Of a stretch of DNA of 64,000 nucleotides, positions 1 through 32,343 are shown in pieces (position 1 is the first letter of the stretch; each line of letters starts with the position of its first letter). Source of the DNA: Laetmonice hystrix (taxonomy: Eukaryota); contig OZ249444.1 of NCBI GenBank assembly GCA_965235115.1, positions 19,096,001-19,160,000 on the forward strand, in the 5' to 3' direction. The notes beneath the pieces are model-generated. The model did not search any database. It was not told the DNA's origin and saw only the letters and a program-made list of their open reading frames with translations. A program made the translations under genes and the position numbers.

Positions 1-333
1 AGTTTGACATTATAACGTTACATACCTCTTGATTATAGAATCAAATCTGCCTCCGTTCGTCGTTTTCCCCTCAAGTCTCCAGCAATAACTCCCCTTCACC
101 ATAAATAGCGATCGACTACAACCAGACACGCGATGTGATCAAAACATGAGACGTCAAATGACCTTTGACCCTGATAAAATCTCACGTATCGATATAGGAC
201 TAGGAGGCCTACCATTTCTGCATGTATTGAATAAAAACGATATACATTTTACATATATCACTTTGCGAGGTAAAGTGGCAAATAAGAAGAAAACAGCTAA
301 TTATTAAATACCAAACTAAACCTTTAAACACCG

Positions 334-363
334 CTTCCGGTTATCTGTTGATTCCCGCCATTT
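334..363 (+). promoter_or_regulatory. TATA-less POLA1 proximal promoter with ETS-like (CTTCCGG 334-340), E2F-like (TTCCCGCC 352-359) and YY1-like (CGCCATTT 356-363) motifs
   Basis: Motifs read directly 25-55 nt upstream of the ATG at 388. A further E2F consensus TTTCCCGC is at 511-518 in intron 1. Confidence 0.55.
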
Positions 364-387
364 CCGAAAGTGTATGGTGGCCGAGCT

Positions 388-19743
<19,356 letters not shown>

Positions 19744-19748
<5 letters not shown>

Positions 19749-19891
19749 AATGAAAGTATTCTACCCCTCCCCCCTACTTACCCCTACCCCCACTTACCCC
19801 TTACTTACCCCTCCCCCATTTAGTTCTGTACATAGATATCGATGTATTGTAGGGCTGAGCTGTTGAAACTATGCCCTAAAATGTTATTAAA
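19744..19891 (+). terminator. Candidate POLA1 polyadenylation signals (AATAAA 19744-19749 overlapping the stop; ATTAAA 19886-19891)
   Basis: Hexamers read directly. Cleavage site unknown. Confidence 0.35.
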
Positions 19892-20217
19892 TGACATGGT
19901 CATGCATTTTAAAATGGAGACAGTAGCTTTTCAACAATGTATTAGTCTAAGGGAATGAGAAGAGAATTGTGAGAAATTTTGGATACACAGTTTAAACGGG
20001 ATTCAGATATATTTAAATTCAGTAGTACATGTACCGTTATTCGTACGTATGTAATCAAAAACATAAGCGTACAACTTCGAGAAATATTACTTCTCTAGAT
20101 TTTTTCACTTGGGGTGCCACAGTTGAGGCATCAATCCATATACCGAGGATTGAAAGATAATGTTATTGTATACCCGGGTACTAGCAATATAACATCAGAG
20201 AGGTAAACTTAACGGGA

Positions 20218-20789
20218 TGATTGACAGGGCTGGGGTGATTGACACATGATTGACAGAGTTGGGGTGATTGACACATGATTGACAGGGCTGGGGTGATTGA
20301 CACATGATTGACAGGGCTGGGGTGATTGACACATGATTGACAGGGTTGGGGTGATTGACACATGATTGACAGGGTTGGGGTGATTGACACATGATTGGCA
20401 GGGTTGGGGTGATTGACACATGATTGGCAGGGCTGGGGTGATTGACACATGATTGGCAGGGTTGGGGTGATTAACACATGAGTGACAGGGCTGGGGTGAT
20501 TGACACATGATTGGCAGGGTTGGGGTGATTGACACATGATTGGCAGGGCTGGGGTGATTGACACATGATTGGCAGGGCTGGGGTGATTGACACATGATTG
20601 GCAGGGCTGGGGTGATTGACACATGATTGGCAGGGCTGGGGTGATTGACACATGATTGGCAGGGCTGGGGTGATTGACACATGATTGGCAGGGCTGGGGT
20701 GATTGACATATGATTGACAGGGCTGGGGTGATTGACATATGATTGACAGGGCTGGGGTGATTGACATATGATTGACAGGGTTGGGGTGA
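20218..20789. repeat. 29-bp minisatellite, ~20 copies
   Basis: Unit TGATTGRCAGGGYTGGGGTGATTGACACA. Confidence 0.95.
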
Positions 20790-20884
20790 GTGATAGACCA
20801 GCGTCGGCTGTCTGTTAGTGTACATACAGAAATAAATAGATCAGGCATGATGAGGCAACTCAAAAATACAACCACATCGTTATT

Positions 20885-20894
20885 CCTTTGTTTG

Positions 20895-20934
<40 letters not shown>

Positions 20935-20956
20935 GTTCTTTCGTTCTTTCTTTCCT
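20885..20956. repeat. (TTTG)/(TTTC) microsatellite
   Basis: Direct reading. Confidence 0.85.
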
Positions 20957-21329
20957 TTGTTTTAAAAAGAGAAATGAAACGTTTCTACCATCCAACTGGT
21001 CCGAGCGCTAGTGTTATCTGATAAAATCGGAAAGTTCTAAATAGTCTGTTTAGTTTTCCAGTTTTAGAGTATTACAAAAGCTAGACTAGACGCTACCTTA
21101 GCTTTGGAGGGCCCGGGTTACGGCGTGCGAGTATGGCCCGGATAGCGCCTGATTCAAGGGACCCATTCTGTATACTACTTGACCTGATATGTACGAAGGT
21201 TACTGTGGTCACCGTTCAGTAGTTAGCGCTGGGATCAGAATTTCTATTATAATCTTTCTCCAGTAAAGTTCGAACATAATGATCTTTGGGAATAGATTTT
21301 CATAAACCTGTTGTAATATTGGAGAAAAG

Positions 21330-21362
<33 letters not shown>

Positions 21363-22470
21363 TTAGACTTATGATTCATAATTAGTCTATACTATTTCTT
21401 ATTCCTGATTTTTAAAATTAAGGGTTGTATCAAGTGTTTGAAGTTTCTGAAAGAAAACTCGGTTCGGGAATATGGTAGCATTTCTATCCATCACCCCACT
21501 AAGGTGCCACATTGGATCAAGAGACCCCTGTTAAACGGTTTGTACTCTCTGACCCTAAGTGTGGTAGCCCTAGCAAGCTGTGTTTTTACCCCGGCTGTCG
21601 CCACCCCCACCCCCAGGTGGATGAGCACGGCGTAACCCGACCCCAGGGCTTATGTAACCAGGCAGGTGAGAACCGCCCTCTTTGATCTTGTGTACCTGGA
21701 GGCTTCCGCTGGCCGTCTCAGTTACGGCGGCGCCGAGTGGTGGCGCTGGTAGTCGTGTGTAAAGTTTGCCCTCCCTGACCGTCACAATACGACCGCCCGC
21801 CGCGCCCTCACCACCGCCGCCATATAACACACGGGCTCTAATTTACTTAGCGGAGTGCTCTGTGAAGGAATGTACACCGCCCGCCCGGGAGCTGAGGGCG
21901 TAGGGTTATGAGACGAGGGACGGTGATGCGCCCTAATGGTTGGAATAAGAAGGCGAGGGTACAATATAGACAGATAGCTATGTCTAAATATTGAACCACC
22001 GCCATTCTCATAGAAGCGACACGACTGCAACAATACAACTGGCGACATTGGGATGTTGGAAAGGAAAAGTTAATGGGTTCCTGTCACACGGGGCTGCACG
22101 GACGGTAATTGGGGAGCGACCGGTTGGGTTAGTCAGGATTTTGGCGTGCCGATTCCCGACATTCTGGCATTAAATAAAATTCCATTCTCTTGGATCTATT
22201 CTCTGGGAACAGCATGCGTTTCCGGAAACTTGCTTTCAAATATGAAAATGTTTTTGGCTTATTGTATTGACGTGCAAGCATCAGGGCAAACCAACAAAGT
22301 ATTTTCCCGCCATTGCTTTGAAAAGTAAAAGGGCATGCATGGGTCTGTTCTCGCCTGTTTCCCCGGCAAGGTCAGAGTATATGGTGATTTTAAATTTGTG
22401 AAAACTGACAGCTGAACTTTTAAGAAAAGAGAGATATGATTGTGAAGACAAACGTAGAAACATGATAAAT

Positions 22471-22675
22471 CAGGGACGGATCCAGGATTTTGAAAGGGGG
22501 GAGGGGGCAGAGAAAGATGACCAAATTAGGATTTACCTCGAAAGGAGGATCCAGTGAGGGTCATATATAAGACAAAAAGCTGTTCGAAAAAAGGATAAAA
22601 GTTGCTTATGTCGAATAAAAACGGATCTTGAGACCCCCCCCCCCCCCCCCCCCCGCCTTTCCTGATCCGCCCTTG
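22471..22675. mobile_element. Degenerate MITE-like element related to the one at 32064
   Basis: Left end cagggacggatccaggattttgaaaggggg; right end poly-C followed by cctgatccgcccttg. Confidence 0.5.
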
Positions 22676-24166
22676 TGAATATAGGCCTCCTACGGTTCTG
22701 GTTGAAACACATAGGGGCGTAATGTGTGAATAAATAACTATAAGCGACATTGGGCAGGGGGCCACCCGAGGGTAGGAAGGTGTTTGCATTTATCCGAGTC
22801 GTCTGGACGATTACCTGTCGTTTGTTACACACTTAAGGCGATGATTAATCGAGTTGTGAGAGCCGTACTTTTGTCTGTTGATTTCACCACTAGGAGGTGC
22901 TGGCGTACAAAGGGTAGTGGGTATGTGTTTATTTACCCGGGGTTCAAGGCGGGTTGCGGCTGCGGTCGTGGATGTGGCAAGTAAAGGACTTGTACGGTAT
23001 GGTTGTAATTTGTGAGGAATACCCTATCATTGGACGGACGGGAGCGCTCGACGAGAGCCCCGGGAGCGGGAGGCCGGCGACGGCGGCGACAGGGTACCGG
23101 GGAGGCAGTGTACCTCGGCCCCGGGGCGGGTCGGCCCGACCGCTGGCCTGCCCCGCCTCCCTTCCCAGGCTTTTACACAGCCGCGCATTGGGAATCATCC
23201 ACTCCCCCACCACTTTGAGTTTACCTAACAAATTTATGACACGACTGTCAAAGGGGAGGTGTAATTTTATGTGATAAAAGTGTATTCAATTGCAGTTGGT
23301 TTTTACCATGTCGCCAACGTGGAAGCAAGTCATATATTTGGTGTAGCTGTCCTCCTTTGTTAAGCAGAGAGTAGGGTTGTACGAGTCTGTGCCGTGTCAC
23401 AGAGTAAGCTGGGATCAAGTCAAGGGTTGAGACGGCGACACGCCATGTGGCCGGGGACGCCCTGAGGGACAAGTCAGAGGCGGTACAGATGCACGCATAT
23501 TTACCTCGGCAATTTAAAGTTAAATATATAACAAAGGGGTAAAATATAGTGTGTCTCGAATAAAACGTCAGCTGTCTATGCCATGGTTTGTTTCATACGT
23601 AACACGAGTCGATTCGAGATAAAATCTACCAAATAAACGTTGGCCTTTTTTCTCGTCTGACTAGACTTTGTTAAAGTTAAGGAACAAACGTCTAATCTCA
23701 ATGTTTTAAATATAATATACATGATAGCTGAGCCTGCTGAGCTCTTTCATGTCGAATGAATAAATCTGTAAATCCTCAAATATAATTATACTGCAGTGAC
23801 TCTGAGCGCATGGTAACACTACTGATGGAGTATGAAATGGCAGGCAATGTTTTTGTTGTCACAGTGGAGAACCTGCTGAATCTGTCAGTAAGTTGTAAAC
23901 CGGATGTATATAACTGAGAATTCCCGGTTGGTGCGGTAGTTTTGTGGGTAGATCTGTCAATTGATATGTATTGACCTGTGTTATTGGGGAGAATGCGGAG
24001 AAAATATATAAAAAGATGTTTATTGAAAGACATAATCAGTCATTCTGACCATGACTACCCCCCCCCCCCTCCCTGAATACAACAGACCCAAAAATCCGTT
24101 CTTGGTTCCAATGCAAGTCCCATATTGCTGGCAAGTATTCTCGGTTACAACTGAGACTTAATGAAA

Positions 24167-24858
24167 ATTAATGATAAGACGGCCTCATGTCAAATATGTA
24201 CTGTACCAAACTCTCCCTCACGTGAAAGATTAATGATAAAGACGGCCTCATGTCAAATATGTACTGTACCAAACTCTCCCTCACGTGAAAGATTAATGAT
24301 AAAGACGGCCTCATGTCAAATATGTACTGTACCGAACTCTCCCTCACGTGAAAGATTAATGATAAAGATGGCCTCATGTCAAATATGTACTGTACCAAAC
24401 TCTCCCTCACGTGAAAGATTAATGATAAAGACGGCCTCATGTCAAACCATGTACTGTACCAAACTCTCCCTCACGTGAAAGATTAATGATAAAGACGGCC
24501 TCATGTCAAATATGTACTGTACCAAACTCTCCCTCACGTGAAAGATTAATGATAAAGACGGCCTCATGTCAAACCATGTACTGTACCAAACTCTCCCTCA
24601 CGTGAAAGATTAATGATAAAGACGGCCTCATGTCAAATATGTACTGTACCAAACTCTCCCTCACGTGAAAGATTAATGATAAAGACGGCCTCATGTCAAA
24701 CCATGTACTGTACCAAACTCTCCCTCACGTGAAAGATTATAAAGACGGCCTTATGTCAAACCATGTACTGTACCTCTCCCTCACGTCAAAGATTAATGAT
24801 AAAGTCGGCCTCATGTCAAACATGCATGTACTGTACCAAACTCTCCCTCACGTGAAAG
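24167..24858. repeat. 63/64-bp minisatellite, ~11 copies
   Basis: Unit ATTAATGATAAAGACGGCCTCATGTCAAATATGTACTGTACCAAACTCTCCCTCACGTGAAAG. Confidence 0.95.
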
Positions 24859-24899
24859 AAATCGATTTATTATGTACGTAGAAAGACGGTACTTGACAT

Positions 24900-25044
24900 G
24901 ATGTTGTTTCCTCCCTCCTGTATAGGCGTAAAGTGGATGTTGTTTCCTCCCTCCTGTATAGGCGTAAAGTGGATGTTGTTTCCTCCCTCCTGTATAGGCG
25001 TAAAGTGGATGTTGTTTCCTCCCTCCTGTATAGGCGTAAAGTGG
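24900..25044. repeat. 36-bp tandem repeat, 4 copies
   Basis: Unit GATGTTGTTTCCTCCCTCCTGTATAGGCGTAAAGTG. Confidence 0.9.
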
Positions 25045-28000
25045 CCGTAACTGACAACAGTTCTACAACTTCCGTGTTGAGTTCGTGCAAGTGATATTTC
25101 AGTGCATGCTAAGACAGAAACGCAGTGTGCACATCCGTCTCAGCTACATGCAGGTGGAGTATATGAATTTCTTTTATTGATTGTAGATCAATGTGTGTTA
25201 TCGTCATTGGTTCCTTACTACAGTTCAAAATAGTTATGTGATAATGATATTCTGTAGGTCTGCATTTTAATGAAAGTGTTCCCTTTCCTGCCTAGCTCCA
25301 CTAAAGCAGGACAGACATAAACAGTTTGGGCACAGACTGCCTCAACTATGATATTTTACCTATGTACGTTATATTACATGCCATAGTCGAGTTCAATAGC
25401 CATATATAGCCGGTCATGGAAGCGGTCAAGGTTCATAACTGTCCAGACAGTGCATGAGTATTGTTATCTTAACCAGAAACTCGCCCCTAACTCGTGTTTA
25501 GGAGTGATTTCATCGTGTAACCAGCCAGGTATTACCATTGCCCTGGGTGATCTTTGGCTGCGAGAGTTAATAAGGAAATGAGGCTCTATTGTGTTCCGCT
25601 GAAATGACCAACCCTAGATCTATAGATTCAACCAAAGGTTCCTTGCTGTCCCAGGTATCTGTGGAGATAATAAGTGCCGTGCCGGGGTCCCCTTCAGACC
25701 CGTCCACGGAATATTTTCTCTACTTACATTTTTGAACATGCCTGCTATTCTCAAGGGCGAGGGATGTATGTTAGATAGGCCTGAACATTGGTGATGGTCC
25801 TGATTTCAAGGACGTATACATTCACCTTTATTCAAGTATAAGTTAAGTATAGGGTGTTGAGATTTCAGAACTGTTCAATATGAAATATCGGCTCAGGCAG
25901 TCGGAGGCAGCTCCTGTCTCACTAGTAACCTGTTGAGAATAAATAACTTTTGGTTTTACTTAGAATGCACACATTTCCTGCATTCTATATGAAAAAGGGC
26001 GGCATCCGGAATAGCAAACTTCATAAAGACAGAAACGTTGACATTATAAACACGTCTCTATATATAGTGCTATATCGTATGGGGCGGGGCGGTTCACTTG
26101 TATTTATATTGGGTCATTTGAAAACGCACCGGAAAAGTCATGAATATATGAATTCATAATAAACAAACTTTGCTTTTGACCAAAAAAGTAGTTCTGTTGT
26201 AGATGGCGGTATAATAATAAGTTTTTATGTTTGCGACGTGCGCGGATGGACACGCCAGAGATATAATACAGAACTTCAGCCAACGTTTACATGTACACCA
26301 TCACTTTGCCAAGAGTTCTGAACTTTATAACGGAGGAGTCTCTGCACACTCGCACTATTCTATGTTTGAATGAGCTTGGAATGCGAAAATGTCCGGCACT
26401 GTCCATGCAGAGTACGAGTAAAGACATACGTGTTAAACGATGTTTATTTGTAAACAATCGCTACATAGCTACCATAGTGAATCGATTACGCTCGGATGTC
26501 AGCAGACAAAGACGAGCCTTTTGTAAAATATATATTCTTAGTCCCTTCATCGTGCTTGTCTATTTCGTATAAACTCTTCTCTGAATACCAACCCATCTCA
26601 ATTTCCAAATCACATGTGTGGGCGCATTTGGCAGTGTGATGTCTCGCCCACACCACTAAGTATTCCATTGCAAAGTTGTTGACCTTTCAAGAAATACGAT
26701 CCTACATTTGAAAGAATATATCTGGACAAGGACACGCTCTCCGTATAGTCAGCTATTTCTTTCTAGATATGTTATGCCAATTTCTGCCGTGTGGTGCGTT
26801 TGCAATGGACGTGTTTAACCATCAACACTAGTGTCATCAACTGCCCGCCGCCGGCATTCATCCCAAAACGGCCCGTCTCAACACCCGGTTTTCAGTCCAG
26901 TACTGTCTCCTCTCTGATCGTTTAAAGGACTGAACGAGTGTGCATATACACCTGACAATGATACGACCATCGACCCTGCTTTAGGGTAATAAGACACCCC
27001 TGTGGGCTTTTGTGTAGGGGTGAAGATTGTCGGTCGACAAAACCGACTCAAATATTGACTGAGACCGCGCGGGGCGCTCCCAAGTGGCGATCTGAGGAAC
27101 GTAAGCATTAACCTCGTGTATTGTCGTCTGCCGACTCGTCCATTCAGCGCGCCAATATCACACATTTCAAGAGGGTTTTGTCGGCGGCCGACGGGCGGGA
27201 TTCACACTATTTTGTGAACGATTTGCAAAGGAGCTCAACCAAAAGACGCGTGTTGGTGTGCTTTCTGATGCTATTAAAGGGGGCTCCCTGCTAAGGTCAA
27301 GTGGCGAGAGGTGCGCGAATTGTGGCTGGCCTGTATTTTTCCCTCTTTACCAGGATGTATATCAACACAACTTCTCGGGTTAAGCCGTACGCTCATGTAA
27401 GTTCCTCCGGTGTAAGTCGATAAGTTTACATATACTTTTTCCTCCTCTCATTGCCTCATGTAAACGCACCACCAAACAAGAGATAACACCCAATATTTCA
27501 AGGGGCACTTTACCAAGGGTGCTACTGTGGAATAAGTTTTCAAAACCTAGATCTAGGCTGTATAGGCCTATATTAATATATATGTCCACTCGAATATAAT
27601 ACCATGCCTTTTTAGACGATGAATATAGTCATAATTTCTTAAGAATCTATTCGTCAAACCTAGGCTATACCGCATTTCTGATACTGTAACAATTCGCCAG
27701 ATTGTCACCATAGCAACGTACCAATTTGCGAGAACGTTGCCGCTTTGGTATCGTGCATAACCATGAAAACTACAATTTCTGAAAAAAAGGTTGATTTAAA
27801 CATTATCTTTTAAGAGCATGGCTACACTTTGAATAATGCCGCCAGAGATACTTGCTGTGCGTCAATATGCGATGGCAAAGGCAGTCAGCATGGTGGTGTG
27901 AGCAATGTGGTGTGGTGTGGTTCGCGCCAAAAGAGGTTTCATTTTTCCCAAGCATCAGTTTGCACGCCTCAATACAAAGCTAGGCAGGACGGTGGAGTGA

Positions 28001-28565
28001 GGTGTTGCTCCGAATACGAGCCCCTCCTCGCTGACATGTTCATTTCCATTCTCCTCCTTGCCCACTGACAGAATTAATATTTTCCACATTAACCCAATAT
28101 CCGAACACTGCCTGGAAATTATTTCGAATGGCTCTCTTCACTTTTCATTACAGCCCCTTGCTCAGGGGCGTACCAATTACCGGCGGACTGTCACAACGTT
28201 CTCCGGCCCCAAATTAAATATCCGCCGGCCGTCGCGAGCCTAGCGACCGGCGGCAGTCACTGCCCGATCATGTGTCAGCCAGCAAACGTCATCGGCCGCT
28301 CCGACCTCAGCCCGACAAAAGAAATATCTCCACAAGGTGTATCAGGTTTATTTCCCGTGTGGGTGGTGGCCATGTTGAGTGTAGGAAATTAGGCCTGTCC
28401 GTACGGGTAATGGCCTAATCGGACGGCTTCCTCCGTGCACGGGGGCCGGCTTTCGCCGCACCAGCTGCCGGCGGACGGGGCCTGACAGTCCGGGCAGTGG
28501 GGGTACGACTGTCAGTCGGTCGGACAGCCTGCTGCTCTCACACACCCGGGGTCCCATCAGTGTGC

Positions 28566-30365
28566 GTTTACTGTAAGACTCGTCATCTATCGGGCCTGGC
28601 AATGAACTATACACTGAGATAGAAATGACATTGTTAGGTTTACTGTAAGACTCGTCATCTATCGGGCCTGGCAATGAACCATACACTGAGATAGAAATGA
28701 CATTGTTAGGTTTACTGTAAGACTCGTCATCTATCGGGCCTGGCAATGAACCATACACTGAGATAGAAATGACATTGTTAGGTTTACTGTAAGACTCGTC
28801 ATCTATCGGGCCTGGCAATGAACCATACACTGAGATAGAAATGACATTGTTAGGTTTACTGTAAGACTCGTCATCTATCGGGCCTGGCAATGAACCATAC
28901 ACTGAGATAGAAATGACATTGTTAGGTTTACTGTAAGACTCGTCATCTATCGGGCCTGGCAATGAACTATACACTGAGATAGAAATGACATTGTTAGGTT
29001 TACTGTAAGACTCGTCATCTATCGGGCCAGGCAATGAACCATACACTGAGATAGAAATGACATTGTTAGGTTTACTGTAAGACTCGTCATCTATCGGGCC
29101 TGGCAATGAACCATACACTGAGATAGAAATGACATTGTTAGGTTTACTGTAAGACTCGTCATCTATCGGGCCTGGCAATGAACCATACACTGAGATAGAA
29201 ATGACATTGTTAGGTTTACTGTAAGACTCGTCATCTATCGGGCCTGGCAATGAACCATACACTGAGATAGAAATGACATTGTTAGGTTTACTGTAAGACT
29301 CGTCATCTATCGGGCCTGGCAATGAACCATACACTGAGATAGAAATGACATTGTTAGGTTTACTGTAAGACTCGTCATCTATCGGGCCTGGCAATGAACC
29401 ATACACTGAGATAGAAATGACATTGTTAGGTTTACTGTAAGACTCGTCATCTATCGGGCCTGGCAATGAACCATACACTGAGATAGAAATGACATTGTTA
29501 GGTTTACTGTAAGACTCGTCATCTATCGGGCCAGGCAATGAACCATACACTGAGATAGAAATGACATTGTTAGGTTTACTGTAAGACTCGTCATCTATCG
29601 GGCCTGGCAATGAACCATACACTGAGATAGAAATGACATTGTTAGGTTTACTGTAAGACTCGTCATCTATCGGGCCTGGCAATGAACCATACACTGAGAT
29701 AGAAATGACATTGTTAGGTTTACTGTAAGACTCGTCATCTATCGGGCCTGGCAATGAACCATACACTGAGATAGAAATGACATTGTTAGGTTTACTGTAA
29801 GACTCGTCATCTATCGGGCCTGGCAATGAACCATACACTGAGATAGAAATGACATTGTTAGGTTTACTGTAAGACTCGTCATCTATCGGGCCTGGCAATG
29901 AACCCACTGAGATAGAAATGACATTGTTAGGTTTACTGCACAGACTCGTCATCTATCGGGCCTGGCAATGAACTATACACTGAGATAGAAATGACATTGT
30001 TAGGTTTACTGTAAGACTCGTCATCTATCGGGCCTGGCAATGAACCATACACTGAGATAAAAATGACATTGTTAGGTTTACTGTAAGACTCGTCATCTAT
30101 CGGGCCTGGCAATGAACCATACACTGAGATAGAAATGACATTGTTAGGTTTACTGTAAGACTCGTCATCTATCGGGCCTGGCAATGAACCATACACTGAG
30201 ATAGAAATGACATTGTTAGGTTTACTGCACAGACTCGTCATCTATCGGGCCTGGCAATGAACTATACACTGAGATAGAAATGACATTGGTAGGTTTACTG
30301 TAAGACTCGTCATCTATCGGGCCTGGCAATGAACAATACACTGAGATAGAAATGACATTGTTAGG
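28566..30365. repeat. 72-bp minisatellite, ~25 near-identical copies
   Basis: Unit TTTACTGTAAGACTCGTCATCTATCGGGCCTGGCAATGAACCATACACTGAGATAGAAATGACATTGTTAGG. Source of ORFs 28348..29952 and 29933..30241. Confidence 0.97.
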
Positions 30366-31014
30366 AACCGAGAAATAAGTCCAAGTCAAGGGCTCCTTGC
30401 GTGCACAATAATGATTATCCTTGGATGTAAAGTTGAGTAGAGGCCTAGATCTACTCCTTCTGTTTGCTTTGGGGTATTCAACTCTATTCTCAACATTTCT
30501 TGAAGGTGATTATACTTAACACACAGAAGTATTCATTCTACTCATCTATGTCGATGTCTAGATGTCTAGATGTGCGTTCTCAATTGGACGCTGTTTGTGT
30601 AGTCTGAAAATGTTTCTTTTTATAAGCGGTGCCAAAGCATACTGTAAGTAGTATATGGAAATTGGCCGTAGGATCGGGCGATGTACGACATTTTGGTTGG
30701 TATATGATGGGCTGAAAAAGACATACCACAGAAAAATTTAAAACAATAATGATAATTATATAGCATTGTTAAGAGTAAGTTTGTTTCAGTTTGTATCGTA
30801 ATCCACTTAGCAGACGTCTCTGTTTTTCGTCCACTTAACGACGTATAAATCAAAAAGAAACTACATCTGCGATTCGGCATACGATAGATTGTAGTATACA
30901 AGATGAAATATGCAGCCGTGTGAGATGAGCGATAATCTACCATTGGTTAATCACAATTCTCGGCGCCTCTCGCGACTTTTCACGTGACGCTAACGGTGTT
31001 GAAATGAACACGCG

Positions 31015-31028
31015 CCGGTAGGGGGCGC
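31015..31028 (+). promoter_or_regulatory. CTCF-like motif CCGGTAGGGGGCGC (13/14)
   Basis: Motif match in a CpG-rich island. Confidence 0.45.
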
Positions 31029-32063
31029 TGAGATCTATCATTGCGCTGTCAGCGTCCTTTCAAATCTCGCCGGAAACCACGCCGCGTAAAATGCTAGCAA
31101 CGGAAAGTGTTCTAATGGCAAGCAGATGTTTCTGCTGAGGTTCATTAAGGAAAATTAACAGTATCAAGTAAACAAATTTAATTAAAGCAAAAGAAAGAGC
31201 ACAGAAGAATACACTTATCAAGGCCAGCGTCGAGGTATGAAATACTCCCATGTTTTGTTCGACGGTGGGCAAAGATACCACACATTTCTTTTCATACATA
31301 GACAACGATACACTAAGGTGAAGTCTATCACACACATTGTGGTGGGTCAGCGTCATTAGGAGAGACAATGACACTGTAATTCCATCACCTTTGTTCGTAC
31401 CGCCAGTAACAGAAGCGCCGCCCCCGCCACCAGAGCGGGGCGGGCTCTAATTAAAGGAACCAGGCTGTAACATTCGTCACTTTAGTTAATTACGTAATGT
31501 CGGCGATCGGAGTAGCAGGGCTGAGCCGTCAAGACGCAGGAGTAATCAAATTAGTCTCTCGCCAAAGAAAAGATTTCCCCTTCAGTGTTTTTTTCTCTTT
31601 CTCTCATCCGATGAATCAAAAGGTTTTGTTTGAGTTTTTTTTTTTGATCGAGCGGGTCTTGGTATCTGAGGAGGGAAGCGAGCGATAAGTCATACTCGTC
31701 CGGTAGACGTCCGTCCCCACGGAAAACTTTGGTGGTGTTCACTCGGATCCATTAGATCAATGAAAGCAGTTTTTTTAACTGAAGTTATGTGATGTTTTTC
31801 ATTGCCTATTGTTCCTAACATAATGAACACACACGCTAAGTGTTTAGTCGTCTGAGCGCAAGGCATCTCTTCACGTCTGGGGGCTGTTTCTTTTGATTAC
31901 AATAATTCGCCAGGAGTTCTCCTATGCTGAAAGACGTTTTACAAGTAATTGTATATGCAGTGTGTGGTATATGGATATAAATAGGCCTTGACATATTGCA
32001 CGGAATCGATTTTTATGCATACACTTAAATACGTATTTATACTATAAACACACGTTATAAACA

Positions 32064-32343
32064 CAGGGCCGGATCCAGGATTCTTAGAAAGGGGGGGGGC
32101 GTAGCCCCTGGAGAAGATTGCGAGCGCCGAAGGCGCAAAGCCCTAGGGGGGGTCTGGGGGACCTCCCCCCGAAAAAATTGAAAATTCATGTTTGTCAGAT
32201 GCATTTTCCCGGCATCTGAGAAAAGAACTGTTCCTTTTTTTCAGGGGGCAAAGTACTGGTAAAATTCCAGTCTAAAAAATCATTACTCTGCCAAAAATAG
32301 GGGGCGTACGCCCCCCACGCCCCCCCCCCTGGATCCGGCCCTG
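32064..32343. mobile_element. hAT-like MITE (CAGGG...CCCTG ends) with apparent 6-bp target-site duplication TAAACA
   Basis: Terminal inverted repeats cagggccggatccagg / cctggatccggccctg. TAAACA at 32058-32063 and 32344-32349. No coding capacity. Confidence 0.8.

Noticed and set aside
159-171. DR1 nuclear-receptor element TGACCTTTGACCC near the POLA1 promoter
   Set aside because: TGACCTTTGACC-type words appear to be common background or repeat-derived sequence in such genomes, and a single site is not informative.
20181-20995. Cys/Pro-rich ORFs (CQSPQPCQSCVNHP)
   Set aside because: Read-through of the 29-bp minisatellite.
24161-25090. Repetitive ORFs (MIKTASCQICTVP..., TLRLYRREETTS)
   Set aside because: Read-through of the 63-bp and 36-bp arrays.
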